Source: Octopus sinensis | Lineage: Eukaryota | Assembly: GCF_006345805.1 (NCBI RefSeq) | Contig: NC_043002.1 | Span: 108,066,001 to 108,130,000, forward strand | Reading direction: 5' to 3' | DNA: 64,000 nt | Shown: in pieces, positions 50,200 to 62,827 of the stretch | How positions within the stretch are numbered: the stretch's first letter is position 1 | How the letters are laid out: the number at the start of each line of letters is the position of its first letter | Notes under the pieces: model-generated | Databases searched by the model: none | Told to the model about the DNA's origin: nothing | The model's input: only the letters and a program-made list of their open reading frames with translations | Made by a program: the position numbers and the translations under genes

Positions 50200-53100
50200 A
50201 ATATATAACCTCTTGATTCAAATCGGTTCTCTTTGACATCCACTAATATTGCTTCAGGAATGAATGCTGCTGTGATGGTGGTGGTGGTGAAGATTATCCC
50301 TATTATCAAAGGGATGTTCTAACTATGAACATTCTGATGTATACAGACATTGTGCATAAAAGGACTTCATTATCTAATATATCTTCCTTCCCTTTTAAAA
50401 GATGGTAAGATTAGGTTGCTATTTCTAGCAATTTGAGCAGCCACATAGCGACCTCCTTGTTTGGGTTATTGATGTTTAGCTTCAGGTCAGTCCTGATAGA
50501 ACAGACCTATGATCAAAAGACATTCCAGATGAGGCCATGTCATCTTTTATTCAGACATAGTGGATCTATTCAACTATATTATCTGTGTCCTTCCATGAGA
50601 GCAATTTGACTCCTATTTCTTGTGGTCAAGCTTCCACACAACATATTCCCTCATTAGTTCATTTGTAATTTTCTCATCCCTTAAGCATGTCTTTACAAAC
50701 AAAGATGTTACTTAAAGAAAGACTAAGATTAAAGTTGCTGTTGGCTGTTACTCTCCAAAGTCATTTTGTATTCTAAACTAAAATTTAAAGACATTTGCCA
50801 AATGCCACAGCAGACATCAAGGAAGAATCTCCATCATTGTATTTAATTAGAAATATCATCAAGACTGTGCTATACTGACTCATTATATGACTGGTATCTA
50901 TTTTTATCTGCTTCAAAAAGATGAGCAGGTTTTGCTGGGATTTGAACTTAGAATGTAACTAAATAAAACAAGACATTTTAATGTGATTCTCCACCAATTC
51001 TGCCAACCATTACAAGTATTATTTCCCATCACAAACAATAAAGCTGGTTTCTGGTTTCTAGAAACTGAAAGAATTCAAAACTGAACGTGCATCAGAGTAT
51101 CTTCCTGCAATCTAAACATATCGGGAAATTGTTCGAAAAGACTAAGAAAATCAAGGTTTAGATTAACAAGGATTCGATGGTTTAATGTCCAATATAGGAT
51201 ACTCTGGTGGCTGATACTGCAAAATGATTTCCAATGTACGTATTGTGGACTCTTCTGTTAGAGACGATGGACAAGGGCTCAGCAAATTCCTGCCGAACAA
51301 CCTACACACGTTTTGCTTACAGTGATCAAACGCTTCTGCTGTACATTCACTCACTTCCTCCATTCGGTCAGCATTGCCCCTACAGACAGGGGCACGGCCA
51401 CATACCAGATGTAGAACATGGTGAGATGAAGCGTTTTGCTCAAGAATACAACTGCCTGGTCTGAAAATCAAAACTACTACCTTGCGATTGTGAGCACAGC
51501 ACCTCGACCATCAGACCACATTATTTTCATGAAATAAGTACAGGGACTGTTTTGGCTAAAACCTTTGAAGGTAGTGCTTCATTTAATGTCATGGTTGAAT
51601 GACTAAAACCAGTGAATGTGTCTGTGTGTACCATGATTTTACATCCACTTTTCCGTGTTTGCATCTCATAGCCGGATGCATTTTCCATGGAAGACTGGAA
51701 GCAAACCACACCACTTTTATAATGGTGATGCTCATTTACAACCATCCTGTGATGTCAAGACAAGGATACACACAAACACACATAAATGGTGGGCTTTTTT
51801 CAGTTTCCATTTGTCAGATTCACTCACAAGGCTTTGGTCAGCCGAGAGCGATAGAAGAAGACACTTGCCCCTGCAGTGAAAGTGAACCCAAAACACATGG
51901 CTGGGAGCAAACTTCTGAACCACAGCCATACCTACACCTATTTTTTCATATATAATCAGACGAAGTGCCAGATGGCAAACAAAACCCTACCAAATGCAAA
52001 TGACTTCCGTGTGCCCCCCCCCCTGCATCTCAGTCGCCTCCCTTCAGGCTCTGGTTGCAATATTTGTCTTGCAAGACCACCAAAACAATCCAACTACTAG
52101 TGTCACTATTGTCAACTATAAAAAGTGCTTGAAGGTGGTTACTGAAGCATGACTGCAATCCAATGACTGAATCCAGCAAAAGGAATACATATTTCTTTGT
52201 TGATGATCCACACCATTATTTCTTATTCGGATTCTTGCCCATTTTTATCATCTGAATGACTTCTACAAAAGCAGGGTCATTCACAGAAAGTGATGGAGTG
52301 AACAAGCAGCTTAATCCCTTCACTAACTACTACAAATATCCTTTTCTTTTTTCTCTGCTATTTCTACACCCAAACATAATATATTGTTTTTTTTTGTTTT
52401 TTTTTTTGTAACCAACAAGAGGAGGTTTGTGTGTAAAGGTGTTAAATGTTCCTCTGTAATATTTCAATTTCACTGATTGAAACTCATACACATTGAGTCG
52501 AATGAATTTCTTGTATTTTATACAACACTTTGCTGAAAACGAGTCATAGACAGAGCTTCTATGTGGTCAATCAACTTGCTAGAAACAGCAACAAATCAGC
52601 CCCTACCATCTAAAAGCTTTCATTATCAACTTTCCTGAAACAGTTCCTACTTCTAAGACATATAAACTCTTTTTTAAAGTGATCTAAATTAAAATCTTAC
52701 ATCCAAAGTTTCTTAGTTTAAAATCCAAAACTCCAGTTTACTTAAGACAAACATATTTTAATTCTTCATTAGTTTCAACAGAAAAATGGTAACAGAAGAA
52801 GTTAAAGAAACAGAAGAATATAGTTCTACATATATAGCAAAAAGACAGTCCGGTCACATCTTGAATACCTTTGATCATAGGTCTGCTTAATCAGGGTTAA
52901 ACTGGAGCTAAACAACATCGTCAGCAATGACACTGAAAATATATAGATTGCTTGGTAAGACATCAACCGAAAAGGAGAGGAATCATTTGGTATCAAGAGA
53001 AGACATAGAAGAGAGGTTTAGAAAAGCCGAAGAAGATGAAGATGGCATTTTAACATTCCAAAATATTGTTTAAATAGAGACTGTCATGCTGACATTTTAT

Positions 53101-53919
53101 CAATTCACAAATAATACTGATTCATTTTTTTTGTCTACTTTCAAAAAAAAAAATATTTAAGTAGTATTAACAGAAATGGTTGAAATGGAAGCTAGAGATT
53201 AAATTAATTCAGTTGTGATCCAGGGTTATAAGATTGAACTCAGGATTACAAACTATCAAAACAAGTCACCAACCACAATGTACGTACAGCCACAGCTGTT
53301 GTTTGTACCACCAACACATTCAGTGATCCCTGTTCATCACAAAACTGGAGTGAGTCACTAAGAGGCAAGTGTCAAAACTGGTTGATACAAGATGGCATGA
53401 ATGATACTTCATTAACTAACTACTTGTGAAAAGAGGAAAATAACAAGAGTACCAGCTAGAGAGAGAGAGACGGTGTGACGGCGATGGGGGGTCTTTAAGA
53501 AAGAGATTTCTCAGCTTCTTCAGAAATAATTGTTAATTTCAGGAGAATTAAGTTGAGGAGTTTAATTCATAAAAAAAAAAAAAACCAACAATTAATATAC
53601 AGCAGCACAATAAAGACATTTTGAAGAAAATATTTTCATAATTATATCATCATTTAACAGAAGGTGGTAGTATACATATGAAGTAGCCATTTGCTAAAAT
53701 ATATAGTGTTAATTTTTTTTACTTACATACATATATATATATTCTGATTTTGGTGGGGATAGTATTAGTTCTTTAAGGTCATTCATTTTTTCTCAGACCG
53801 ATTAAGTAAACCAATCAATGGAGAAACCTATAATGATTATCAGAAACAACTATAAGTCGAATTTTACTGCAATATAGGAATATACAATGTCCATTACTTA
53901 TACCTTGTATTTTATACAT

Positions 53920-53955
<36 letters not shown>

Positions 53956-53960
53956 ATATA

Positions 53961-54188
53961 TACCGGAGTAAACACATAAATGTGAAACAAGGTGGAAAAA
54001 AGAGTACTCAAATACCAGTGGTAGAGTAATATGCTTTATTTAAAGCAGCAGAAAATTCAACAAAACCTGTTACTCTGAGTTTTCCGTTGCCGTTCATTGG
54101 ACAGTTTTCTAGCAAAAACTGTCCGATGAACGGCAACGGGAAACTCAGAGTAACAGGTTTTGTTGAATTTTCTGCTGCTTTAAATAAA

Positions 54189-54194
<6 letters not shown>
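53961..54194. mobile_element. Penelope-like inverted pLTR fragment in a (TA)n tract
   Basis: About 80-bp near-perfect inverted repeat (54029-54108 / 54115-54194) with a one-sided extension, flanked on both sides by (TA)n; hammerhead-like core. Confidence 0.6.
54119..54156 (+). ncRNA. Hammerhead-like motif with variant core (CCGAUGA)
   Basis: ctgt-CCGATGA-acggcaacgg-GAAA-ctcagag-TA-acag. Stem I ctgt/acag, near-palindromic stem III, weak stem II. Inverted copy at 54067-54104. Confidence 0.45.
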
Positions 54195-54224
<30 letters not shown>

Positions 54225-55039
54225 CAAGAAAGAAGATATCAATATGGCATGGGTTCGATATCTGTTACAAGTGCTTCGGCCGCATTTCACTTCAAATCAC
54301 ATTACGTATAAATGATTACGTATGATATCCTGTACAACAGTAAGATTTCAGCGTAAGTGTATGACGAGGTGCCACTTCACAATATTCAACTATGGATAAA
54401 TTTATACAAGTTTTGTGTAACCAATCGCATATAATCATTTATATATAATGTGCTTTGAAGTGGAATTGTACTGCAACGGCCATAACCATTAAACCAATGC
54501 CATATTATTATCTTCATCTTCTTCATTGTTTCCCATATTACTCTACGCAATATTTACATACTAATTACATCAGTGCTAAGTACTTGGAGTTCCTGCACCA
54601 ATGGACTTGTTTAAATACCAGTTTTAAAGTGTTGACAGACCGGAGTTTGTATTGAGTGCTGTTTAAGGAATACACAGAGATGTTTACCCAACTCTAACTT
54701 ATCTTACATCATATATACATATATCAATTTTTTAAAGTTATTTTTATAGGTTTTCTATAGAAATCAGAACCAGCACTGGAAGTTATGAAGTTTATCTTCG
54801 ATTGCACTGTTTACATAAATGAAACATCGAGACTTTCATGTTGGCTCTAATTTCTACAGAAAATCAGAAGAGATAACTTTATAAAAAGAGACTTAATTGC
54901 ACTGCTAACACAGGTAGGGCACACTATTGACTTATAAGTCTTCAATATACTTAATAGTATATCGTGGTTGCATAAGGAAATACGGTGTCCCTACCAGACA
55001 CTCACACACACATGTACAAAATGTACAGACACAGTTGTG

Positions 55040-55062
55040 AGTATGTGTGTGTGTGTATACAT

Positions 55063-55095
<33 letters not shown>

Positions 55096-55111
55096 ATTTA
55101 TATGTATGTAT

Positions 55112-55179
<68 letters not shown>

Positions 55180-55180
55180 G
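55040..55180. repeat. Compound (TG)n/(TA)n/(TATG)n microsatellite
   Basis: Directly visible. Confidence 0.95.
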
Positions 55181-57032
55181 AATTGCAGTTGATTTCAATG
55201 CTAAGTGTTTCAGTTGTTTAGTGGACCACTTATTTTGTTATAGTCAAAATTGCTGAGCACCCCTCAGACACAAACCTTTGAACCTTTAGCAGATTCTCAA
55301 CATGAACTAATCTATGCTCAAGCTGCTGGTTCTTTAAATCATATACACAATCCACCCATTCTATGGGCTTCTACAGGTTTCCGCAACCCCAACTCACAAG
55401 ACTTAGATCAACCAGCGGGGTTTGGTAAAAACGAACTTGCTAAAGATGCTGTATATGGTAAGACTGGATCCAGTTATTGATTGTGGAATGAATTTCTTAA
55501 GCGCTCGGTCAGGCCTGAGTCTGTCCATGCATGTACACAATATACATATGTATTACATGACCGACAAGACTATCTGATGTTGTCATACGTTGCTGATCAC
55601 AATGCATGTGGCATAGTTTTAGCTTTTAGTTGATGGTACCCTGCTGGTTCGTCTATTGCAGCATTACCCAATAACAGATGAATGAACTGGAGCAATGTCA
55701 AAAGAATTGTGTTGCACAAGAACACAACATGCTGCCCAGTCCAGAAACTGAACCCACAATCTAGCCATCATGAATGCAATACCCTAACTACTAGATCATG
55801 TGCCTTCATGTATATATAGTCATATATATTATTTAATAACAGTTTGACTCAACTCCACATGACTTAAAGTTTCATAGAAGTGTAGGCCAGTCCATTTCAT
55901 TAGGTTGAAGGAGACAACTCTTCACCTAGCAGCTGATGAGATAAACCTGTCCTACACACCCACAAGACTTTGTGGAGCAAATGAAACTGTTATTAAATAA
56001 TAAATGAAATTCTTAACAAAGGTGTTGCATACCACCAGATATTTTACGTCAATATTTATGAAATCTTAACTAAAAAATTTGATAAAATATTGGAAACACA
56101 AAAGCAATCTAATAAATTAAATTGCAATAAAAAAAAAAGGTAAATTCTTCAAATTAAAAATTCTTGGTAACAAATTAAACATAATTGTGTATTAGTCAAT
56201 ATTTAGAAATACAACCGATGGAAAAGGTTTGAATATTTAGTTACACTTCCTTATAATTCTGAGCATACAAAATCAACAACAGCACCTGTGCATAGTCAAT
56301 CAAGCTGCTAGAAATAGCAGTCAAATTTCATTAAATTTCACCTTAATACTATACTGGATAATGTAATATCTAACATACAATACCTGAAATAAAGATTCTG
56401 TTGTTGAGGCTAAACTGCTTTTGCCCTGCTCAATCATGGCCAAACTGGGACCTCAACCACAACACACATCCAGAATTTATCTACAGAGTGTAAGGGTGAG
56501 TAAATGTATTTAGGTTTTAACACTATGAACCAATGAGTCGATATTATTGTTTCCTTCTTAATAGACAAAAATGAAAACTTTGTATTAAATAAATCCTAGT
56601 TCCAACTATAAAATGCAACAACTATTAATTAATACATTCTACTCTATTGGAAGATAAGTTCAGCTTAATTTTTAGTCTCTGAATACCCAAACCAGCAAGC
56701 TGGGATCTTTACAAGGTCTTCTACAAATAATGTTGCTGGAATATGGTTACAACAACTATTTTAGATAACAAGTTTAAAACAATTTAATTTTGTGGCAACA
56801 TCAGTTGTAACAAAGAAGCATTATATTTTCAACCAAAGACATAGACTGGTTCACATTAAAAAAAAAAAAACAAGTTTCCATCTTTATTTTTTTATAAAGT
56901 ACATCTAAAATCAACAGAACAGGTTTAACATACAAGCTCAGCACCCGGAAGTGCTCCGTTATTGGGAAAGGGGTGGGCAGGGTTTCAAAAAAAAAAAAAA
57001 GACTTATTTAGGTTTATCACATCTGGACTCTA

Positions 57033-59860
57033 TTATTGGTCAGCTTGGAATTTGATTACTAGCTTTTTGACCCACCCTCTTGAATTTAATTGGTAATTGG
57101 AATTACATTTGAGTTGATCAAGGCTACCTAACGAATGTGCACCTCGGCCCATGTCGGAATCCATTGGTAAACGGGAACAAATTTTATAAAGTTCTTTGCA
57201 ACTATCATCCTTTACACAAGTCGGCTTCTTAGAGCTTAGCAAAAGTTTGTTCTCCGTCACAGATACACTTACTTTTGAGAGTTCCTTAAATTCTTCTGGT
57301 TCTTTTTTGGCTCGAGAAGTCTTGTACTTGGAATTCTCTTGCAGACTGTGCAGACGCTGCCGAATCATCTGGCTTGGCGCTCTTTTTCTCATTCCTTTCA
57401 CCTTAGGGGAACTGTCAGTTTTATTTTTTTCTTCTAAATACTGAACATACTCTTTAATGGAAGATTTTGGTGGTAATGGACACTCCAGGACAGGGCTTGC
57501 TTCCAGTTCAATATCACAATAAATTGCAGAGTCCCTACACATGTCAGTGGAATCAAGAGTGTCTAAAGAAAGAGAAGAACACTCAGAAGTACTGTGTCGG
57601 TTGATGGAGAAATGATCTTGGTTCTTTGAAACTTGCCCAAGATTTTCACTTTGCATTGAAAGAGCTGAATCCGATGGTGTCAAACACAGATCTCTCTTTA
57701 ATTCTTTACCAGACAAATCATTGAGGTTTCCATGAGATCCAGAAGACTTCTCAAAAACATCATCTTGCTCTTGTCGTTGCCACAATGAAATGTCTGGTGT
57801 ATTCAACGATGTAGGGTTATGAAGAGCATTGAGTGAATTCCAGCGTTCGTATTTCTTTCTTTGGTTTCTCTGATTCTTGAGGTCATGCTGGTTATCGAGT
57901 AAGGAAGCTAAACTCAAATTGCGTTCAAGTTTTAAGTTAGGATGTTTGACTTGTCTATCAAAATTCATTGCCGAACAATTTTGCAAAGAATTAAACCGCT
58001 TTAAATCTACTTCATTTAATCTGCTCAAACTACTGGAATTACTTTTACAAGCTGGAACTGACAAATGGAAACTATCAGAAGAATGATTACTAAGACAGGG
58101 CAGAGAACTGCCAGGAGAAAAGAATTTGTGCTTATCAGATGTTTTGCAAGAAAAGCAATTAGCATCATCTTTAATAGGAGCATTGCTGTCTTGAAGAATT
58201 GCAGGAGGTAAAGGTGTATTAGAAGGTTTTGATGAGGATTGATCATTTGCAGAATGATCAACTTTCTCCTCTAAAGTTTCGTTTGGTGGGTTACTAATGG
58301 GTGATGTTACTGGATGCTCCTCTACTGAATTTTCTGTGGGTGAGTCACAGCTGTCTGCAGACAAAGGTTCGTTCTCTTCGGCAATGACAGTCGTTTGGGA
58401 AATTGTAGGAGTTTCTGTTTCTGTGGTTGAGGAGAGAGTATCTTCGACAGATTCATCAAATTCTTCATCGTTTTGGGGAGAAGGAACTTCTATTAATGGT
58501 TCAATAGTACCAGAATTTGATGGCTGAGGTGAAGGGGAACGACGGATTGTAGGAGATGAGAATATTGGAAGAACTAAGGCACTGCCCATTTTACGTCGAG
58601 GGGGAGGGGAATTAGTGACACAGTGTTTTTTGATTGGTGAACGATACGGCTCAGCAAACATGTGTCTGTTGTAAGCTCCTGACCACGTATACGAGGGGGC
58701 TAAATGAGTCAGACTTTTACGAGGATAACTAGTGGCAGCTTCAGCTGCTTTCTCTGCAGTTGAAGATGTAGAACTAGAATCGAAAACAGGAGAAGAACGA
58801 AGAGATGCTGAGGCATTGCTTATCCGAGGAGAAGGCGGATAAAATGTGAGAGGTGATGCGCTGTTTCTAAAGACAGAGCCATCTGTTGGTGATGAGCAAC
58901 TAATTCTAGTTTCTAGATATGGTGGAGGAGAAGGACAATGGTTCTTGTCAGAATCAAAATAATGAGAAAATGATACATTATCATCTTGTGGAAGTGGGGA
59001 GGAGGGTAAAGATATTGATGAGACAAGTTTCTTACTGGGGAATGATGGGGATGTGGAGACAACGGGGGGATTTTTTGCCATGGCAGCCTTCCAGCTTGCA
59101 ACACGAGCAGGGAAACTTTGGATTCTTGACACAAGACTTTCATTGGATCCCAGATTGCTTTCATAGCTACTGTGTGAAGAATCAGAGAGAATTGATGACT
59201 GTGATGCTTGTCTGCTGAGTGTCTGCTGTGGAACGTCATCTTTATCAGAATTGTCTGGTGCTGAGGACACCGCTTGCATAGGAAACTTGGCCATTTTGCT
59301 GTCATTATTTTCCTTTCTCATGTAATCTTCCATTTCCTTTAACATCCGTTCACTTTCAGCTATTTGTTCAGGTGATGTTGGAGGAATGAGGTCATGTTGG
59401 TAAGACATACGCCTAATCAATGGGGCCGACACTGACCCAGACATGAAAGATATATCATTGTCTTCGACAGATTGCTGGGAGTAGGATTTGGACATTTCTG
59501 CTGGGGAAGACATACCTCTTGGAAATGTAGCATAGCGGGGCATGTCTTGATAAGATGACTGGCTGCCATTTTGGCCTTTCAAAACAGAAGGGAGATATTT
59601 ATTTGGGGGTAGAGAACTTCGGTTTAAGTAAACAAGCCAATCCAAGCTCTCTCGAGATAGATTCTTATAATTTGGGCTTTCTAGTTGAGATCTTCGATTG
59701 GAATAAGTAGAAACCTCAATTTGACTGCAGCTGGGCTGTATTGACTTTTTGATCCAAGGATCTGCTTGCGATTTGGGAGGATCTGAAGAGCGACGAGTTT
59801 TACCTCCAGTTTCTTGCACTTGTTTGAATGGAATATTAGGCAAAAGTCCAGACCTCTTAG
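57033..59860 (-). CDS. Large Ser/Pro-rich, probably disordered terminal coding exon of an unidentified gene
   Basis: More than 930 uninterrupted codons in AT-rich DNA, ending ...SRGWVKKLVIKFQADQ*. AATAAA on the minus strand at 56883-56888. No domain recognised. Confidence 0.85.
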
Positions 59861-59961
59861 CTTGGCGTAAAAGAGGAAGAACATTCTTGAAAGATTTCTT
59901 AATTTGTTTGCTTGATTTGTAGCAGCTTTAGCAGAGGTTGATGGACCTTTATCACATTTAC

Positions 59962-60382
59962 CCTGAGTTTGTTGACAAGTTTGTACAAGGGACTGAACAG
60001 AGGATGCATCTGAGCCGTGTAACAGTCTGTGCCTTCTCTCAGACAGTGAGGGCATGCTGGAATATTTGGTATTCAACTCCGTTTCCCCATCTTCGGATGG
60101 TTGTTCAGATGTAACGCTTGACTGGCTGTGCAGCCGAGCTGGTGTACTTTGTACACTGCTGAGTAATTCAGTATTTTCTGCAAGTTCACCTTTTGGTGGG
60201 TCAGGGATATTAATGGGGTTTTCTATGTTAGCAATTCGAAAACTCATTGCACGCTTGTAGGTGTCACTGTCCTTTCTTGGAAGAGAATTATTACTAGCAT
60301 ATTTGTCATCAAAAACAGAATCAGGATCAACAGTTGGTGTAACATTTGTCTGGCCTCTTCTGCGGTTGATCAGTGTACCAGT
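59962..60382 (-). CDS. Upstream part of the same minus-strand gene (different frame from the 936-aa ORF)
   Basis: Acceptor tttccttttAG at 60384-60383. Phase-0 open frame TGTLINRRRGQTNVTPTVDPDSVFDDKYASNNSLPRKDSDTYKRAMSFRIANIENP...QTQ. Joining it to the long ORF requires a short intron or an indel. Confidence 0.7.
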
Positions 60383-61719
60383 CTAAAAGGAAAGAAATTT
60401 TTTAAAATAAGCAACTTTTAATTATTTACAAAAAATAATGGTAGTGCTACTTGCTAAATTATTTAAGTTCTGTTTCCACTGCCAAAATCATAAGAAACAG
60501 AACACAAAAGGATTTTCAAACTGACCCTTTAACATCATCCAAAAGAGATCAAAGAGAGAAAATACATTCATTTTATATTTGAATTCGAGACAGATTTTTC
60601 ACAAAAGGAATTCTGTAGACTTTTAGGATTAGTCTTACACTAAACATGATCAAAGACCTCTAAAAACAAAGTTTATTAAATAATAGAATCCAATTAGCAA
60701 TGCACTGAAAAATTAATTTAAAAAAAAGACATTAAATGATCTGAGTAAAGGCAAATTAAGAATATGATAATTAATTAAAACAATACTTTAAAATAAGGCA
60801 AAAATTATCAAGTGAGCCCTAGTGTAATCGTATGCCTGTTTAAATGAGGGGTTCAAGAGTAGAACTGGTACGATGTCGTATGGAAAGGACTAGAAGAAAG
60901 AATGTTCTATGGGTTGGGGAATAATGGGAGCATTTTTGTCTTAAGCCAAATTTAGTTTCTTTTACACAAAAGAATTCTATATTATACATTTAAAAAAATG
61001 GCACTTTTAGAGTGTTGACAATTGTCCTTTCAATCCCCACCCCCCAAAAAAGTAATAGAATTTCAGACATAACGACGATGGGGGAAGTGGAGAAGCAAAA
61101 ATGGTGAAGTGTAGGAGTGATGATGGCAGATAAGCAAAATGTAAGTGACAGCTCAGTCTGTATAGTTTTAGCCCTAGAGACAATTTGGAGTACTTATATA
61201 AGTGCATGTGTGTATACAAGTAGATATATGTGTATTTATGTATATAAGTGTGTGTGTGTATTTGTTTGTTTACTTTTTGAAACCCCCCACCCCTTTTTTT
61301 CTCCATGACTTATGACTCTGTAAGCAGACAGTGAATGTCTTATAAATATCAAGTTTAATAATTCACAGTTCCACCATTAATAATTTAACACTCCCTTCCA
61401 TTTCCATGCCTGTTCAGGACCAGAATTTCCTTCCTTCGTAACAACACTTCAAAATATTTACATGCATCACTTTTAATAATTCATATGCCAGCACTATTTC
61501 CTGCTGTTTCCAGTCCACTTTGTGGAATTGTAGGAATTTTAATAAAATTCAGTTTCCATTATTGTTATAAAGTAAAATATTCCCTTACCAACTTCTAACC
61601 AGAAATGATTAATTTAAACTGAAGGTTTCAATAAGACTTTCATAATTAAAAAAGTCATCTATTTGGCATATTTATGTGGTTAAATACTTGAATCTTATAT
61701 ATATATATATATATATATA

Positions 61720-62125
61720 TACTCTTTTACTTGTTTCAGTCATTTGACTGCGGCCATGCTGGAGCACCGCCTTTAATCGAGTAACTCGACCCCGGGACTT
61801 ATTCTTTTTGTAAGCCCAGTACTTATTCTATCGGTCTCTTTTGCCGAACCACTAAGTGACGGGGACGTAAACACACCAGCATCGGTTGTCAGCTATGCTA
61901 GGGGGACAAACACAGACACACAAACAAACACACATACATATATATATATATACATATATACGACAGGCTTCTTTCAGTTTCCATCTACCAAATCCACTCA
62001 CAAGGCATTGGTCGGCCCGGGGCTATAGCAGAAGACACTTGCCCAAGATGCCACGCGGTGGGACTGAACCCAGAACCATGTGGTTGGTTAGCAAGCTACT
62101 TACCACACAGCCACTCCTGTGCCTA
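61720..62125 (-). mobile_element. SINE family B
   Basis: Full-length copy inside (TA)n. Confidence 0.9.
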
Positions 62126-62413
62126 TATATATAAGTCAAATAGTTTTAATCCCGTGTTGAGATTTCATCAGTGACAGGGTAGCCTCATTAGCTCTCAAGG
62201 GAGATACTACTTATAAGCTTACTATCAGCCTACACTTAAAGAATGGACTAAAATTTATAGATACATTTTGCAGCACAGCAGGGCATTAGGACAAAACATT
62301 GTTAATGCACCAGTAATTTACTAATCAAACTACTGGCTGAGAATGCATTACATATACAAATTGATCAACAAGATTCCCTGAAGCCTTTAGCAATTCTAGG
62401 CTTATTAGTGGTA

Positions 62414-62827
62414 TCTCTCTTTTACTCTTTACTCTTTTACTTGTTTCAGTCATTTGCCTGCGGCCATGCTGGAGCACCGCCTTTAGTCGAGCAAATCGAC
62501 CCCGGGACTTATTCTTTGTAAGCCCAGTACTTATTCTATCGGTCTCTTTTGCCGAACCGCTAAGCAACGGGGACATAAACACACACCAGCATTGGTTGTC
62601 AAGCAATGCTAGGGGGACAAACACAGACACACAAACACATACATATATATATATACATATATACGACAGGCTTCTTTCAGTTTCCGTCTACCAAATCCAC
62701 TCACAAGGCATTGGTCAGCCTGGGGCTATAGCAGAAGACACTTGCCCAAGATGCCACACAGTGGGACTGAACCCGGGACCATGTGGTTGGTAAGCAAGCT
62801 ACTTACCACACAGCCACTCCTGCGCCT
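62414..62827 (-). mobile_element. SINE family B
   Basis: Full-length copy. Confidence 0.9.

Noticed and set aside
51163-51471. 102-aa and 76-aa ORFs in a CpG-richer segment
   Set aside because: Partly overlap a degenerate SINE; no motifs; in-frame stops in extended frames.
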